Shown here piece by piece: positions 43,063 through 52,850 of a stretch of 64,000 nucleotides of DNA (within the stretch, counting starts at the first letter, position 1; each line of letters begins with the position of its first letter). This DNA is from Patescibacteria group bacterium UBA6532. GTDB lineage: Bacteria > Patescibacteriota > Minisyncoccia > Minisyncoccales > UBA6532. The translations under genes and the position numbers were made by a program. The stretch is from positions 11,936 to 75,935 of the forward strand of contig DJKW01000004.1 in the NCBI GenBank assembly GCA_002434805.1. Direction: 5' to 3'. The notes under the pieces are model-generated. The model searched no databases and was not told the DNA's origin. It was given only the letters and a program-made list of their open reading frames with translations.

Positions 43063-43557
43063 TTATCTCTTTGCCCATTGAGGAGCTTTCCGAGCTCTCT
43101 TTAAGCCGAATTTCTTTCTCTCTCGCATTCTGGGATCGCGAGTCAGATATCCCGCTTTTCTTAATTTTTTTCGAAAGTCAGGATTAAATTCCACTAAAGC
43201 ACGGGATACGGCATGACGAACTGCTTGGGCTTGAGAATGAATTCCTCCTCCTTTCACTAAAACTACGATCTTAAATTTATCAAAACAATTCATTTTTATA
43301 AAAGCTGAAGTGACAATTTCTTGAAGTTCATGAGTCGGGAAATATGTTTTGTATGGTTTCTTGTTAATTAAAAACTCTCTTTCTCCCTTGGTAAAGAGAC
43401 GGATTCTGGCCACTGAGGTCTTTCTCCGGCCAACAGCCTGAAAATACCGGGAAGCCTTAACAACAGGTGTCTTTTCTTTTTTTGCCTCTTTTTTAGCTGC
43501 TTTCTTGACTTTCTTTTTGATGGCTGGTTTTTTAGTTGTTTTTTTAGTCTCTGGCAT
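43063..43557 (-). CDS. rpsI: 30S ribosomal protein S9 (Lys-rich N-terminal extension)
   Basis: GRRKTSVAR, GGG, LTRDPR..ERKK.GL..AR..PQWAKR. Confidence 0.97.
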   Translation of the reverse strand: MPETKKTTKKPAIKKKVKKAAKKEAKKEKTPVVKASRYFQAVGRRKTSVARIRLFTKGEREFLINKKPYKTYFPTHELQEIVTSAFIKMNCFDKFKIVVLVKGGGIHSQAQAVRHAVSRALVEFNPDFRKKLRKAGYLTRDPRMRERKKFGLKRARKAPQWAKR

Positions 43558-43566
43558 AACTATTGA

Positions 43567-43914
43567 TTATTCAAACTTTAGATTTTTTATCTGTCTCGCC
43601 CTCAACTTATTCTTGGGCAACATTCCCATTACTGCCTTTTTTAAAACTTCTTTTGGATCTTTTTCAAAAAGTTTCTTTAATGGAGTTTCTTTTAAGCTTC
43701 CCAAGTAACCTGAGTGACGAAAGTATTTCTTTTGCTCTAATTTCCTGCCGGTGAATTTTATTTTATCAACATTTTTAATTACAACAAAATCCCCCATTTC
43801 TTTGTTGAGAACAAAATCGGGTTTGTGTTTTCCCCGCAGTAAAATAGCAATCTGAGTTGCCAGTCTTCCTAAAACTTTTTCCTTGGCATCAATGGTATGA
43901 GTTCCTCTTTTCAT
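43567..43914 (-). CDS. rplM: 50S ribosomal protein L13 (short form)
   Basis: IDA...LGRLA, LRGKHKP, HSGYLG, GMLPKN. Confidence 0.96.
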   Translation of the reverse strand: MKRGTHTIDAKEKVLGRLATQIAILLRGKHKPDFVLNKEMGDFVVIKNVDKIKFTGRKLEQKKYFRHSGYLGSLKETPLKKLFEKDPKEVLKKAVMGMLPKNKLRARQIKNLKFE

Positions 43915-44261
43915 TTGATTAATTCTATAATTACAATTTTAGCCCCGTCTGATCTTCGAGGCCCTAATTTTATAATCCTGGTATATCCCCCTTTTCTGGT
44001 TTTGTACTTTGGGGAAATCTCGTCTACTAACTTTTTAACTATTCTTGGCGAAAAAAAACTAGCCAATAATCTTCTTGAATGAATATCTCCTTTTTTAGCC
44101 CGGGTAATAAATTTCTCTATCATAGAACGAATCTCCTTTGCTTTGGCTTCTGTCGTCTTGATCTTTTCATGTAAAACAAGAGCGCTGATAAGTGCCTTGA
44201 AAAGGGCTTTACGCTGATTCTTTTTTCTGCTAAATTTTCTTCCTTTTTTTCTTTTTTTCAT
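43911..44261 (-). CDS. rplQ: 50S ribosomal protein L17
   Basis: [23 protein letters not shown]. Confidence 0.97.
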   Translation of the reverse strand: MKKRKKGRKFSRKKNQRKALFKALISALVLHEKIKTTEAKAKEIRSMIEKFITRAKKGDIHSRRLLASFFSPRIVKKLVDEISPKYKTRKGGYTRIIKLGPRRSDGAKIVIIELIK

Positions 44262-45042
44262 GTTTTTTAACAGAAACTTTTTTTGCCCCTTTTTTCTTTA
44301 GCTTTCCTTTAGCAGGAGTTTTCTTTAAAGGCTTTCTTTCTTGCGTGGAAATAGCAGGCTTTTTAAATATCTCAGTAAAAATGGAAAAGTGTTTTACTAA
44401 AATATCTGAAGCTTGGGAAAAAGCTTCTTCTGGCGTCAAGCTTCCGTCAGTTTCCAAATCCAAAAAGAGCTTATCAAAATCAGTTCTCTTGCCAACCCGC
44501 ATATTCTCAACGCGGTAACTCACCTTTCTAATGGGAGTGAATATGGCATCAAGAGCAATAACTCCAACATCTAATTTATCCTTTTTCCTTCTTTCAACAG
44601 GTTCGTAGCCAAAGCCTCTTTCAATTAGAATTTCCATCTCGAGATCTGCTGATTTTGATGTCAATGTTGCTATATGGGCATCCTTATTCATCAACTCAGC
44701 TTGAAATGATAATCCAAAATTAGACCCCTTAACTTTCTTTTCACCCTTTACCTTTAAAGTCACCTTTTGCGGCTCGTTTGTATGAAGCTTAAAACGCAGT
44801 TGTTTTAAATTTAGTAAAATAGTGATAACATCTTCAAAAACATCCGAAATTGTTGAAAACTCATGGCTCACGCCTTTAATTTTTACCTGGGTAACCGCTG
44901 CTCCCTGCAAAGAAGAGAGCAAAACCCGCCTGAGGCTGTTTCCAATAGTTACGCCGTGGCCAGGATAAAGGCCTTCTACCTCAAATCGGGCGAAATTTCC
45001 TTTTTTCTCAAGTATTTTAGGTTTAATGGGTAAAGGAATCAT
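44230..45042 (-). CDS. rpoA: RNA polymerase alpha subunit (NTD + Lys-rich tail, no alpha-CTD)
   Basis: G.TIGNSLRRVLLSSL.G, HEFS, DAIFTPI, VENMRVG. Confidence 0.95.
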   Translation of the reverse strand: MIPLPIKPKILEKKGNFARFEVEGLYPGHGVTIGNSLRRVLLSSLQGAAVTQVKIKGVSHEFSTISDVFEDVITILLNLKQLRFKLHTNEPQKVTLKVKGEKKVKGSNFGLSFQAELMNKDAHIATLTSKSADLEMEILIERGFGYEPVERRKKDKLDVGVIALDAIFTPIRKVSYRVENMRVGKRTDFDKLFLDLETDGSLTPEEAFSQASDILVKHFSIFTEIFKKPAISTQERKPLKKTPAKGKLKKKGAKKVSVKKHEKKKKRKKI

Positions 45043-45071
45043 AAATATTTTGTTTAATAATAATTAGTTAA

Positions 45072-45701
45072 TTATCTTGAATAAAACTCAAATATGGATG
45101 ATATTTCTGCTGGTGGGGCCGCCTCCTCTAGAGTTGGCAAACCCGTAACTTTTCCTTCTAATTTTTCGTTATCAACTTCCAGCCATAAAGGGGGTTTATG
45201 TTTCTTTAAAATAGTTGATAAATTCTGAAAAACCATCTTTTTCTGGGAATGAGAACGAATGCTTACTTTGTCCCCTTTCTTTAATTGATAAGAAGGGATA
45301 TCAATCGGTTTATTGTTTACATAAAGATGCCCATGGGAAACTAATTGCCGAGCCGAGGAACGAGAATTGGCAAAACCCAATCTATAAACAATGTTATCTA
45401 ATCGGGTTTCCAGTTTTTGAACCAAAAGGGCGGCAGCATCCTCTACTCCTCCTCTTCTGTCTAGAATTTCTTTAACATATTTTTTAAATTGGCGCTCGCC
45501 TAAATTATACCAGCTTTTCAGTTTTTGTTTTTCTCTCAGCTCTTTCCCGTATTCAGAAAGAGGCCTTGGTCTTCGTCTTCCTTTCTTACCGGGGTTGTAT
45601 GGCTTCATTATCAAGGGACATTTTGGCGAAAAACATTTTTCTCCTTTTAAGAATAGCTTTATTCCCGCTCTACGACAAATTTTACACTTTGAGTCTTGCA
45701 T
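45072..45701 (-). CDS. rpsD: 30S ribosomal protein S4 (Zn-binding type)
   Basis: CKICRR..KC...KC, LREKQK, LETRLDN, RQLVSHGH, EFYSR. Confidence 0.97.
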   Translation of the reverse strand: MQDSKCKICRRAGIKLFLKGEKCFSPKCPLIMKPYNPGKKGRRRPRPLSEYGKELREKQKLKSWYNLGERQFKKYVKEILDRRGGVEDAAALLVQKLETRLDNIVYRLGFANSRSSARQLVSHGHLYVNNKPIDIPSYQLKKGDKVSIRSHSQKKMVFQNLSTILKKHKPPLWLEVDNEKLEGKVTGLPTLEEAAPPAEISSIFEFYSR

Positions 45702-45708
45702 ATTAAAA

Positions 45709-46167
45709 TTATACCCTTCTTACTTTTGGAGACCGGCCTCCATTATGAGGAATGGGGGTGACGTCTTTTATTGAAATAATATCTAGTCCGCGAGCTGCCA
45801 AAGAGCGAATAGCTGATTCTCGACCAGATCCTATTCCCTTTACCAGCACTTCTACTCTTTTGATCCCTATTTTATTGGCAACCTGGGAAATAGTTTCAGC
45901 AACCTTGGAAGCGGCAAAAGGAGTTGCCTTTTTCGCACCAGAAAAACCAATACTGCCAGCCGAAGCCCAAGAGAGAACGTTTCCCTTTAAATCCGTCAAG
46001 CTCATAATAGTATTGTTATAAGAGGCGGAAATATAAATTCTTCCCTCTTTGATTTTTCCTTTGAGGGATACATCTGTTTCTTTTTCTTTATTTATCTTCG
46101 CCTCGATTTTATCTCGTTCTTCAATTAATTCCTTTTCAGTTTTTTGGATGATACGTTTCTTGCCCAT
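45709..46167 (-). CDS. rpsK: 30S ribosomal protein S11 (N-terminal extension)
   Basis: [28 protein letters not shown]. Confidence 0.97.
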   Translation of the reverse strand: MGKKRIIQKTEKELIEERDKIEAKINKEKETDVSLKGKIKEGRIYISASYNNTIMSLTDLKGNVLSWASAGSIGFSGAKKATPFAASKVAETISQVANKIGIKRVEVLVKGIGSGRESAIRSLAARGLDIISIKDVTPIPHNGGRSPKVRRV

Positions 46168-46171
46168 AGTT

Positions 46172-46561
46172 TTATGTTGTTTCAGTAGGCGGTTTTCTTC
46201 CAGATCCTACTGTTTTTCTAACATTGCCTCGAACTGTCCTCGTGTTGGTCTTTGTTCTTTGACCCCTTACTGGCAAACCTTTAATGTGCCTTCCCCCTCG
46301 CCAGGAACCAATGTCTTTTAATCGCTTTATTGACATCATTTTTTCCCGACGGAGAGTGCCTTCAATTTTGTAATTTTTTTCAATAATCTCTTTAAGGTCA
46401 TTAAGTTCTTTGGCACTAAGTTCTGAAGCTTTGGTACTGGGCTTAATTTGGGCCCTGTCTAAAATTTTCAAACTTAAAGAACGACCTATTCCGTAAATAT
46501 AGGTCAGGGAAATTTCTATTTGTTTTTGGTCGGGGATATTAACCCCAGCAATTCGTGGCAT
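46172..46561 (-). CDS. rpsM: 30S ribosomal protein S13
   Basis: [28 protein letters not shown]. Confidence 0.97.
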   Translation of the reverse strand: MPRIAGVNIPDQKQIEISLTYIYGIGRSLSLKILDRAQIKPSTKASELSAKELNDLKEIIEKNYKIEGTLRREKMMSIKRLKDIGSWRGGRHIKGLPVRGQRTKTNTRTVRGNVRKTVGSGRKPPTETT

Positions 46562-46678
46562 TTATTTTCCTTGACGCTGCTTATGTTTAGGATTTTTGCA
46601 AATTACATAAACCCGCCTTTTGCGGCGGACTATTTTACACTCTTTGCACATTTTTTTTACTGAAGGTCTTACTTTCAT
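46562..46678 (-). CDS. rpmJ: 50S ribosomal protein L36
   Basis: Below ORF-track cutoff; manual translation [38 protein letters not shown]. Confidence 0.97.
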   Translation of the reverse strand: MKVRPSVKKMCKECKIVRRKRRVYVICKNPKHKQRQGK

Positions 46679-46680
46679 AT

Positions 46681-46911
46681 TTACTTACCTCTATAAACAA
46701 TTCTTCCTCTATTTTCATCATAAGGGCTCATTTCAACTGTTACACGGTCTCCGGGTAAAACTTTTATGCGATACATTCTTAATTTTCCAGCAAGGTGAGC
46801 TAAAATCTCCTTGCCGTCATCCAGCTTAACTTTGAAATTAGTACTCGGCAGAGCTTCTAAGACTAATCCGCTTATTTTGATAACTTTTTTGTTCTTATTG
46901 GAATTTTCCAT
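46681..46911 (-). CDS. infA: Translation initiation factor IF-1
   Basis: EALP...[31 protein letters not shown]. Confidence 0.97.
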   Translation of the reverse strand: MENSNKNKKVIKISGLVLEALPSTNFKVKLDDGKEILAHLAGKLRMYRIKVLPGDRVTVEMSPYDENRGRIVYRGK

Positions 46912-46944
46912 TAATAATTAGTTATGATACAAAAATATTGAAAA

Positions 46945-48255
46945 TTAGTCAATAACAATATCAACCTCAACTCTTTCCTCGTTCTGAGGTATATTTTTTA
47001 TCCAAAAAGGCGAAAGCCTTACCTGAACTTTTGAAATCTCCGGATACTTAGCTAAAATCTCTTTGGAAACTATGGAATAATTTTTACCTAATATATTTTT
47101 TTTTAAAAGCTCTTTATCTGGAAGAGAATAAGTTTTTGCCTGAATATCAAGCTCAAGAACAACCTCTCCTTTGCTTAAATTAGCCTCTTTTAAAGAGTAC
47201 TCTATAGCCAAACTTTCTTCTTCTAATTTATTCCCTGTGGGAATTTTAGTCAAGATATAATCTTTAACAAAACTTTCTAAATCTGATTTTTTAAAAGTCA
47301 AAACCTCTGACTTTCCCCTGACTTGAAAGACAAAAGATTCTAAATCCTGACCAGCCGTAGCTAAAGGAGAAGTTTCAACAATTTCCTTTGTTACCAAGCT
47401 TTCCAAGAAAACCTGGTCTGGGGTTAATTTTTCCTCCAAAGAAAACCTACTTTCTTCCAAAGCTCTTTCAGTTAAAATCTCCTGGGCATTGTCTAAATCT
47501 TCTTTCGTTATCTGAGAAACTTCTCTTTTGAAGCCGCCCTCCATAGCAGAAAAGGATTTTCCATAGAAACTAGTGTATAGGGCAGTACCGGCAAACCCGG
47601 GAATAGAAAAAGTAGTGGGGCCAATATTATATTCCTCTCCGGTTTCAGATGCCTCCACTGTAGCATCTATGGTTCCGGGAACTAAATTTCCTTTTTCGTA
47701 ATGAGCTCCGGGAATAACTATTCTATTGGGAATGCGGAATAATTTTCCATCAGCTGAAACAAACCGTGTTTTAGCTATTAAGGACTGGGGGCTGGTAGAA
47801 TAAGCATTATAAATCTGGATTGTTCCCTGGGCCATTCCTTCTTGAGTAGATTTACCTGAAGAAACAAATTCTTGGGATATAAAACTTTCAACCTCAATAA
47901 TTTCTCCGGGCAAAATACTGTCAGCTAGATTAATTTTTTTAATTGAGGTATCTACTCTTATTTCTGCTTTAAAATTCTCCATCTTGGTTTTTGGCCAAAT
48001 TTCTACTTTTGCTCGAGATTCAATGAAAAAATAGGCAAAAACTATAATTATCAAAGGGATTGCCAAAAAACCCAACCACCATTTTTTCTTCAAATCAAAA
48101 CCGGGAGAAATAGTCTTTAATTTTACTTCTTTTTTCTTTTTCTCTTTAGAGGATGAAAGGGGTTTTAGATGTTTTTCCCTCTTGAGTTTTATTGGGGAAA
48201 TTTCAACTCCTCTTTCAGTTGGCGGTATAATATCGAAAATCTTTTTTTTCTTCAT
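46945..48255 (-). CDS. Single-TM protein with baseplate J/gp47-like extracellular domain
   Basis: FDIIPP N-terminus, TM, A.G.I.IYN, TRF...G..F, V.A...GEEYNI, GG motifs. Confidence 0.6.
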   Translation of the reverse strand: MKKKKIFDIIPPTERGVEISPIKLKREKHLKPLSSSKEKKKKEVKLKTISPGFDLKKKWWLGFLAIPLIIIVFAYFFIESRAKVEIWPKTKMENFKAEIRVDTSIKKINLADSILPGEIIEVESFISQEFVSSGKSTQEGMAQGTIQIYNAYSTSPQSLIAKTRFVSADGKLFRIPNRIVIPGAHYEKGNLVPGTIDATVEASETGEEYNIGPTTFSIPGFAGTALYTSFYGKSFSAMEGGFKREVSQITKEDLDNAQEILTERALEESRFSLEEKLTPDQVFLESLVTKEIVETSPLATAGQDLESFVFQVRGKSEVLTFKKSDLESFVKDYILTKIPTGNKLEEESLAIEYSLKEANLSKGEVVLELDIQAKTYSLPDKELLKKNILGKNYSIVSKEILAKYPEISKVQVRLSPFWIKNIPQNEERVEVDIVID

Positions 48256-48261
48256 AATTTC

Positions 48262-49386
48262 TTAAAGATAGCAAAGTAATAAAATAGGGACGTCTTTTGG
48301 ACTCGTTAATATTTTTAAGGAGACCTTAATGCCTTTTAAGTCTTTTGGATAAAGATATCTTATTTGATGTGATTCTGAAAAGCTTTGCTCTAAAACTTCT
48401 TGAATTTCAGGAATTAAGCTTCCTCCTCCAAAAAGAAAAATATCAAAAGGAAATAAAATCTTTTTAGCGGTCACCTTTAATTTTAATTCTTTTAACCAGT
48501 TTTGGGCAGCCGATGAAAGGATTTCTTTAATTCTCTGTCTAACTTCTTCTGATAAAAGTCCTTGGGAATAATCTTTTTTCAATTTTCGAGCCCTAACCTG
48601 ATCTAATCCCAACCTTTCGGAAAATTCCTGGCTGAAATCTTGGCCCCCAACCTTAAAATTATCTATCACTTCCAGCTTACCATTTTTTACGATAAAGAAT
48701 TGGGTTACCTCTCCTCCGATATCAAAAAAAATAGCGTTTGGTGTTTGAAAAAGACCGGTTAAAGCCTGAGATGGATGGACGATTTTAAAGACTTTTAAAT
48801 TAAGGGAGCTGATGATTTTATTAAAAGTCTCAAGATGAGATTTTAATATAAAGTTAGCTAAAATCCTAAACTCCAAGGTTTGGCCCCCATAACCTTTAAG
48901 ACCAGGGACTTCATAACCGTCAATCTTGGTCTCTAATATTTTCAGTTCGAGAAATTCCAGGTCTTTTGATAAAATTCCTGTTTCTAAATAAAAAATGTCT
49001 CTAATTCTTTTTCTCGCTTCCTTTATAACGTCTTCTTGGATTAACCGTTCCTCTTTCTCAACAATAACATCTTTTTGATTTTTGCGAGAAAAACTTTGAA
49101 AAGAAATTCTGCTTTTAAAAACGTTGGCTGGGAGACTAAGAATAAGAGGTAAATCTTTTAAGGTAAGATTTTGAAGAGTTTTAAGAATGGCTTTCTTTAT
49201 AACGTCTTCTTTAAAATTCCGGCTATCCCAGAGAGAAAATTCATCGAAATATTCTGAAGATTCTTCAAGAACAACGATTTTTCCGCCCTCTTTTTTAAAA
49301 ACCAAATCCTTTACCGCCTCAGTTCCAATATCCAAAACTAAAAACTTTTCCTTTTCTGCCGTTTTAAAGAAAGAAAATTTTACCAT
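48262..49386 (-). CDS. FtsA-like actin-fold protein
   Basis: LDIGTEAVK, DIGGEVT, GGQDF, FGGGS phosphate/adenosine motifs. Confidence 0.75.
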   Translation of the reverse strand: MVKFSFFKTAEKEKFLVLDIGTEAVKDLVFKKEGGKIVVLEESSEYFDEFSLWDSRNFKEDVIKKAILKTLQNLTLKDLPLILSLPANVFKSRISFQSFSRKNQKDVIVEKEERLIQEDVIKEARKRIRDIFYLETGILSKDLEFLELKILETKIDGYEVPGLKGYGGQTLEFRILANFILKSHLETFNKIISSLNLKVFKIVHPSQALTGLFQTPNAIFFDIGGEVTQFFIVKNGKLEVIDNFKVGGQDFSQEFSERLGLDQVRARKLKKDYSQGLLSEEVRQRIKEILSSAAQNWLKELKLKVTAKKILFPFDIFLFGGGSLIPEIQEVLEQSFSESHQIRYLYPKDLKGIKVSLKILTSPKDVPILLLCYL

Positions 49387-49434
49387 CTTCTTTTGTTCTA
49401 TTCTATCATTACTGACAAGAAACTTAAAATATAA

Positions 49435-51147
49435 TTATTCTAAAATTGCTCTTATTCTTCTTACTCCAGCTCCCGAAGACTCCTCTTTTATAATCTTAAA
49501 CCGGCCGAGCTCTGAAGTTTTCTTAACATGGGGTCCGGCGCAAATCTCTTTAGAAAACCCCCCGATTGAATAAACCGTAACCTTTTCTGGATACTTTTCT
49601 TTAAAAAACGCCAGGGCTTTGGATTTTAAGGCCTTCTCGTATGGCATCTCTTCTTTTTTGACTGCTAAATCTTTTTTAATTTTTTCGTTAACTGAATCTT
49701 CAACCTTTTTAATTTCAGCTTCGGTCATTTTTTGATGATGAGAAAAATCAAACCGCAGTCTTTGAGGATTAATATCAGATCCCATCTGTTTTACATCATC
49801 TCCCAAAACTTCTCTTAAAGCCTGATGTAAAAGATGGGTAGCTGTATGAAGCTTAACAGCTTTCAATGTTGCTCCTTTGCCCAATCCGCCAAACTTTTTT
49901 TCAGCTCCGGCCCGAGAAACTTCCTGGTGCTTTTTAAAAGCTTTTTTAAAACCTTCTTTGTCTTTGATTTTTATTCCAGATTCTTTAGCTAACTCTTCAA
50001 TAGACTCCAATGAAATAGAATGGGTCTCATAAAGAGAAAAAGCTTCTTTTCCGGTAATATATCCTCTCCCTGCCTTTGATAATATTTTCGATAATATTTT
50101 CCATTCCTTAATACCTTGTTCTATGGCTCTCCGGAATTTTTCTTCTTCTTTTTGAATAACAGTTAAAATATCTGCCTGCCTACTAGAAAGTTCGGGATAA
50201 ATGTCTTTATAAGTTTCGATTACTTTTCCAGCCAAAGAAAATAGAAAGTTAGTTTGTAATTCAAGTAATCTTCTAGAACGGATAGTTCTCCTCAAAATTT
50301 TTCTTAAAACATAGCCCCGCTCAACATTAGAAGGAAATATTCCTTCTGAAATTAAAAAGACAGCTCCTCTGATATGATCGGCAATAATCCTATAGTCTTT
50401 AGAATTCTTGTCATAGATTTTAGCTGAACTTTTCTCTATTTCTTTAATAATTGGTTCAAATAAATCAATTTCAAAAACGCTAGTTTTTTCTTGAGAAACC
50501 ATAGCTAGACGCTCTAACCCCATTCCCGTATCCACTCCCTTTTGCTTTAAGGGTTTTAATTTTTTCTTGGAATCGCAATAATACTCATTAAAAACAATAT
50601 TCCAAACCTCAACTCCCCCAAAATGAATTTCAGTGGTCGGGCCACAAGGTCCTTCCACTCCGGTGGGACCCCAGAAATTATCCTCTCTGCCGCATTTCTT
50701 TATTTTCTCTTCGGGAATTCCCAGCTTTTTCCAGATAAGAATAGACTCTTCATCTAGCGGTACTTCTTTATCGCCTCCAAAAACAGTAAAACGAGCTTCC
50801 TTAAGAGGCAGTTTTAATTTTTTAAAAAGAAATTCGTAGGCTAGTTTAATCGCTTCTTCTTTAAAATAATTGCCAAAGCTAAAATTCCCTAGCATTTCCA
50901 AAAAAGTGAGATGGCTGACATCACCCACCTCTTCAATGTCTGAAGTTCTAAAGCATTTTTGGGAGCTAGCAACTTTCTTGCCATAAGGACTGGGCTCTCC
51001 TAAAAAATATTCTTTAAATTGCTGCATTCCCGCGCTAGTTAAAAGAACGCTGGGATCTTTGGGTATAAGAGAAGACGAGGGCACTATTTTATGCCCTTTT
51101 TTTTCAAAAAAATCTAAAAACTTCTGACGCAATTCCCTTGTTTTCAT
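49435..51147 (-). CDS. alaS: Alanine--tRNA ligase (compact, no C-Ala domain)
   Basis: AGMQQFK, HLTFLEMLGNFSFG.YFK, DTGMGLER, HTATHLL, EICAGPH. Confidence 0.96.
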   Translation of the reverse strand: MKTRELRQKFLDFFEKKGHKIVPSSSLIPKDPSVLLTSAGMQQFKEYFLGEPSPYGKKVASSQKCFRTSDIEEVGDVSHLTFLEMLGNFSFGNYFKEEAIKLAYEFLFKKLKLPLKEARFTVFGGDKEVPLDEESILIWKKLGIPEEKIKKCGREDNFWGPTGVEGPCGPTTEIHFGGVEVWNIVFNEYYCDSKKKLKPLKQKGVDTGMGLERLAMVSQEKTSVFEIDLFEPIIKEIEKSSAKIYDKNSKDYRIIADHIRGAVFLISEGIFPSNVERGYVLRKILRRTIRSRRLLELQTNFLFSLAGKVIETYKDIYPELSSRQADILTVIQKEEEKFRRAIEQGIKEWKILSKILSKAGRGYITGKEAFSLYETHSISLESIEELAKESGIKIKDKEGFKKAFKKHQEVSRAGAEKKFGGLGKGATLKAVKLHTATHLLHQALREVLGDDVKQMGSDINPQRLRFDFSHHQKMTEAEIKKVEDSVNEKIKKDLAVKKEEMPYEKALKSKALAFFKEKYPEKVTVYSIGGFSKEICAGPHVKKTSELGRFKIIKEESSGAGVRRIRAILE

Positions 51148-51182
51148 ATTTAATTCATTTTATCCTGTCTTTGTTTTTTAGT

Positions 51183-52241
51183 CTACGCTGAGGTTGCCAC
51201 CAATTCTATTATTCCCCCTCCTAAAAGTTCCTCTCCTTTGTAAAAGACTACTGACTGTCCGGGAGCTATGGCCATTTGCGGCTTTTCAAAAACCAACCTG
51301 CCGCCAGAATAAAGCTTGGCTTTAGCTCCTTTGTGGCGATAGCGAATTTTGGCCGTCACCTTAATAGGGAGCTTGGGTTTATTGAGCCAATTAATTCTTT
51401 TTGCTTTTAATTCTTTTTTATACAAATCCTTTTCATCTCTGCTGACAATAAGAGTATTGTTTTTAGGGTTAATCTTTAAGACAAAGTAGGGGCCGGAGCT
51501 TAAATGCAAACCCTTTCTCTGTCCAATAGTGTAATAATAAAATCCTTGATGCTCCCCGATTACTTTTCCGTCTTTCAATAAAATCTTGCCCTTTTTTGGA
51601 GGAAGGTATTCTTTTAGGAAATCAATCAGTTTAACTTTTCCCACAAAGCAAATGCCCTGGCTGTCTTTTTTGTCAGCGTTAGGAAGATTAAAAACCTTTG
51701 CCATTTTCCTTACTTCGTCTTTTTTGCATCCCCCAACGGGAAACATTATCTTTTTTAATACTTTTGGCTTTAGAGCGTAGAGAAAATATGATTGATCTTT
51801 GTTTTTGTCTCTGCCTTTCAATAATTTTATCCTGTCTTTTACTGCCTCAACTCTGGCATAATGCCCTGTAGCTAAAAAATGAAAACCCAAAGCCGTAGCT
51901 TTTTTTAAAAGGATACCGAACTTAATTTCCTGGTTGCAGATAATATCTGGGTTTGGAGTCTTACCCCTGGCATATTCTTTAATAAAGTAATCAATAACTT
52001 TTTCTTTATACTCTCGAGTAAAGTCAAAGGTATAAAAAGGGATTCCAATCTTATTTGCCACCAGTCTGGCAATACGCTGATCTTCATCGGTACTGCAATA
52101 ATTTTCTTTATCTGCCTGCCAGCATTTTAAAAAAGCTCCGGCAACCTCAAAACCCGCCTTTTTTAACAAAGCGGCGGCCACGGAACTGTCTACTCCTCCA
52201 GACATCGCTACTAAAACTTTTGATTTCTTTAATCTTTTCAT
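51183..52241 (-). CDS. mnmA: tRNA 2-thiouridine synthase MnmA
   Basis: SGGVDS, TPNPDIICN, ATGHY, KDQSYFL, DSQGICF, PGQ. Confidence 0.96.
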   Translation of the reverse strand: MKRLKKSKVLVAMSGGVDSSVAAALLKKAGFEVAGAFLKCWQADKENYCSTDEDQRIARLVANKIGIPFYTFDFTREYKEKVIDYFIKEYARGKTPNPDIICNQEIKFGILLKKATALGFHFLATGHYARVEAVKDRIKLLKGRDKNKDQSYFLYALKPKVLKKIMFPVGGCKKDEVRKMAKVFNLPNADKKDSQGICFVGKVKLIDFLKEYLPPKKGKILLKDGKVIGEHQGFYYYTIGQRKGLHLSSGPYFVLKINPKNNTLIVSRDEKDLYKKELKAKRINWLNKPKLPIKVTAKIRYRHKGAKAKLYSGGRLVFEKPQMAIAPGQSVVFYKGEELLGGGIIELVATSA

Positions 52242-52299
52242 TTAAAAAAGCCACTATTGGTGACCAAACCTATATTATTGATCTAGTACGAATAAGAGA

Positions 52300-52818
52300 T
52301 TAAGAAAAGCGATCAGCCACTGTTGAAGCCACGTAAGATTCTGGTTTAATTTTCGGTTCAAAGCCAGTTCCCCGAATCAATCCCACTACTTCTTTTATCA
52401 TATCTCGAGTTTGCCCGTTTTCACCGACATCAGCATGAATATACTTAAATTGATAATTAGGAATCACTGAAAAGCTTTTTAAGGTCTCTTTAATATTTTC
52501 TCTTAAAAATAGGGCAAGCTGGCAAGAAAGAAAAACTTCTTCTAAAATTCTTTGCTTCCAGTTATAAAATTTCTTGTTATTTAGAGCTGGATACTTTACA
52601 TTTTTTATAAAAAATCTCCCGCCAAGGCCTTTTCTTAAAACCACTATGACAATTGGGAAATTGGGTTCTTCTCCCGAAGAAGAATCGCAGCCAACTACAA
52701 TATCATAGAATTTCTCTGGTTTTTCTGACATATAGGCAAAAATCTCCTTGATCACCCCTTTAATGGAAAGGTTTCCTTTGTTGGGGTTGTAAAAATTTCC
52801 TTGAAAAATATCTTCCAT
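52300..52818 (-). CDS. RNase H-like YkuK (DUF458) family protein
   Basis: VGCDS, G.GGRFF, RI.EE, IHADVG..G.T, KPESYVAS.VADR. Confidence 0.85.
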   Translation of the reverse strand: MEDIFQGNFYNPNKGNLSIKGVIKEIFAYMSEKPEKFYDIVVGCDSSSGEEPNFPIVIVVLRKGLGGRFFIKNVKYPALNNKKFYNWKQRILEEVFLSCQLALFLRENIKETLKSFSVIPNYQFKYIHADVGENGQTRDMIKEVVGLIRGTGFEPKIKPESYVASTVADRFS

Positions 52819-52850
52819 ATTACAGAATATAACAAATCAGAAAATAAAAA

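Noticed and set aside
46945..48255. Prophage or contractile injection system
   Set aside because: No other phage or tail genes; the protein is membrane-anchored in a housekeeping context
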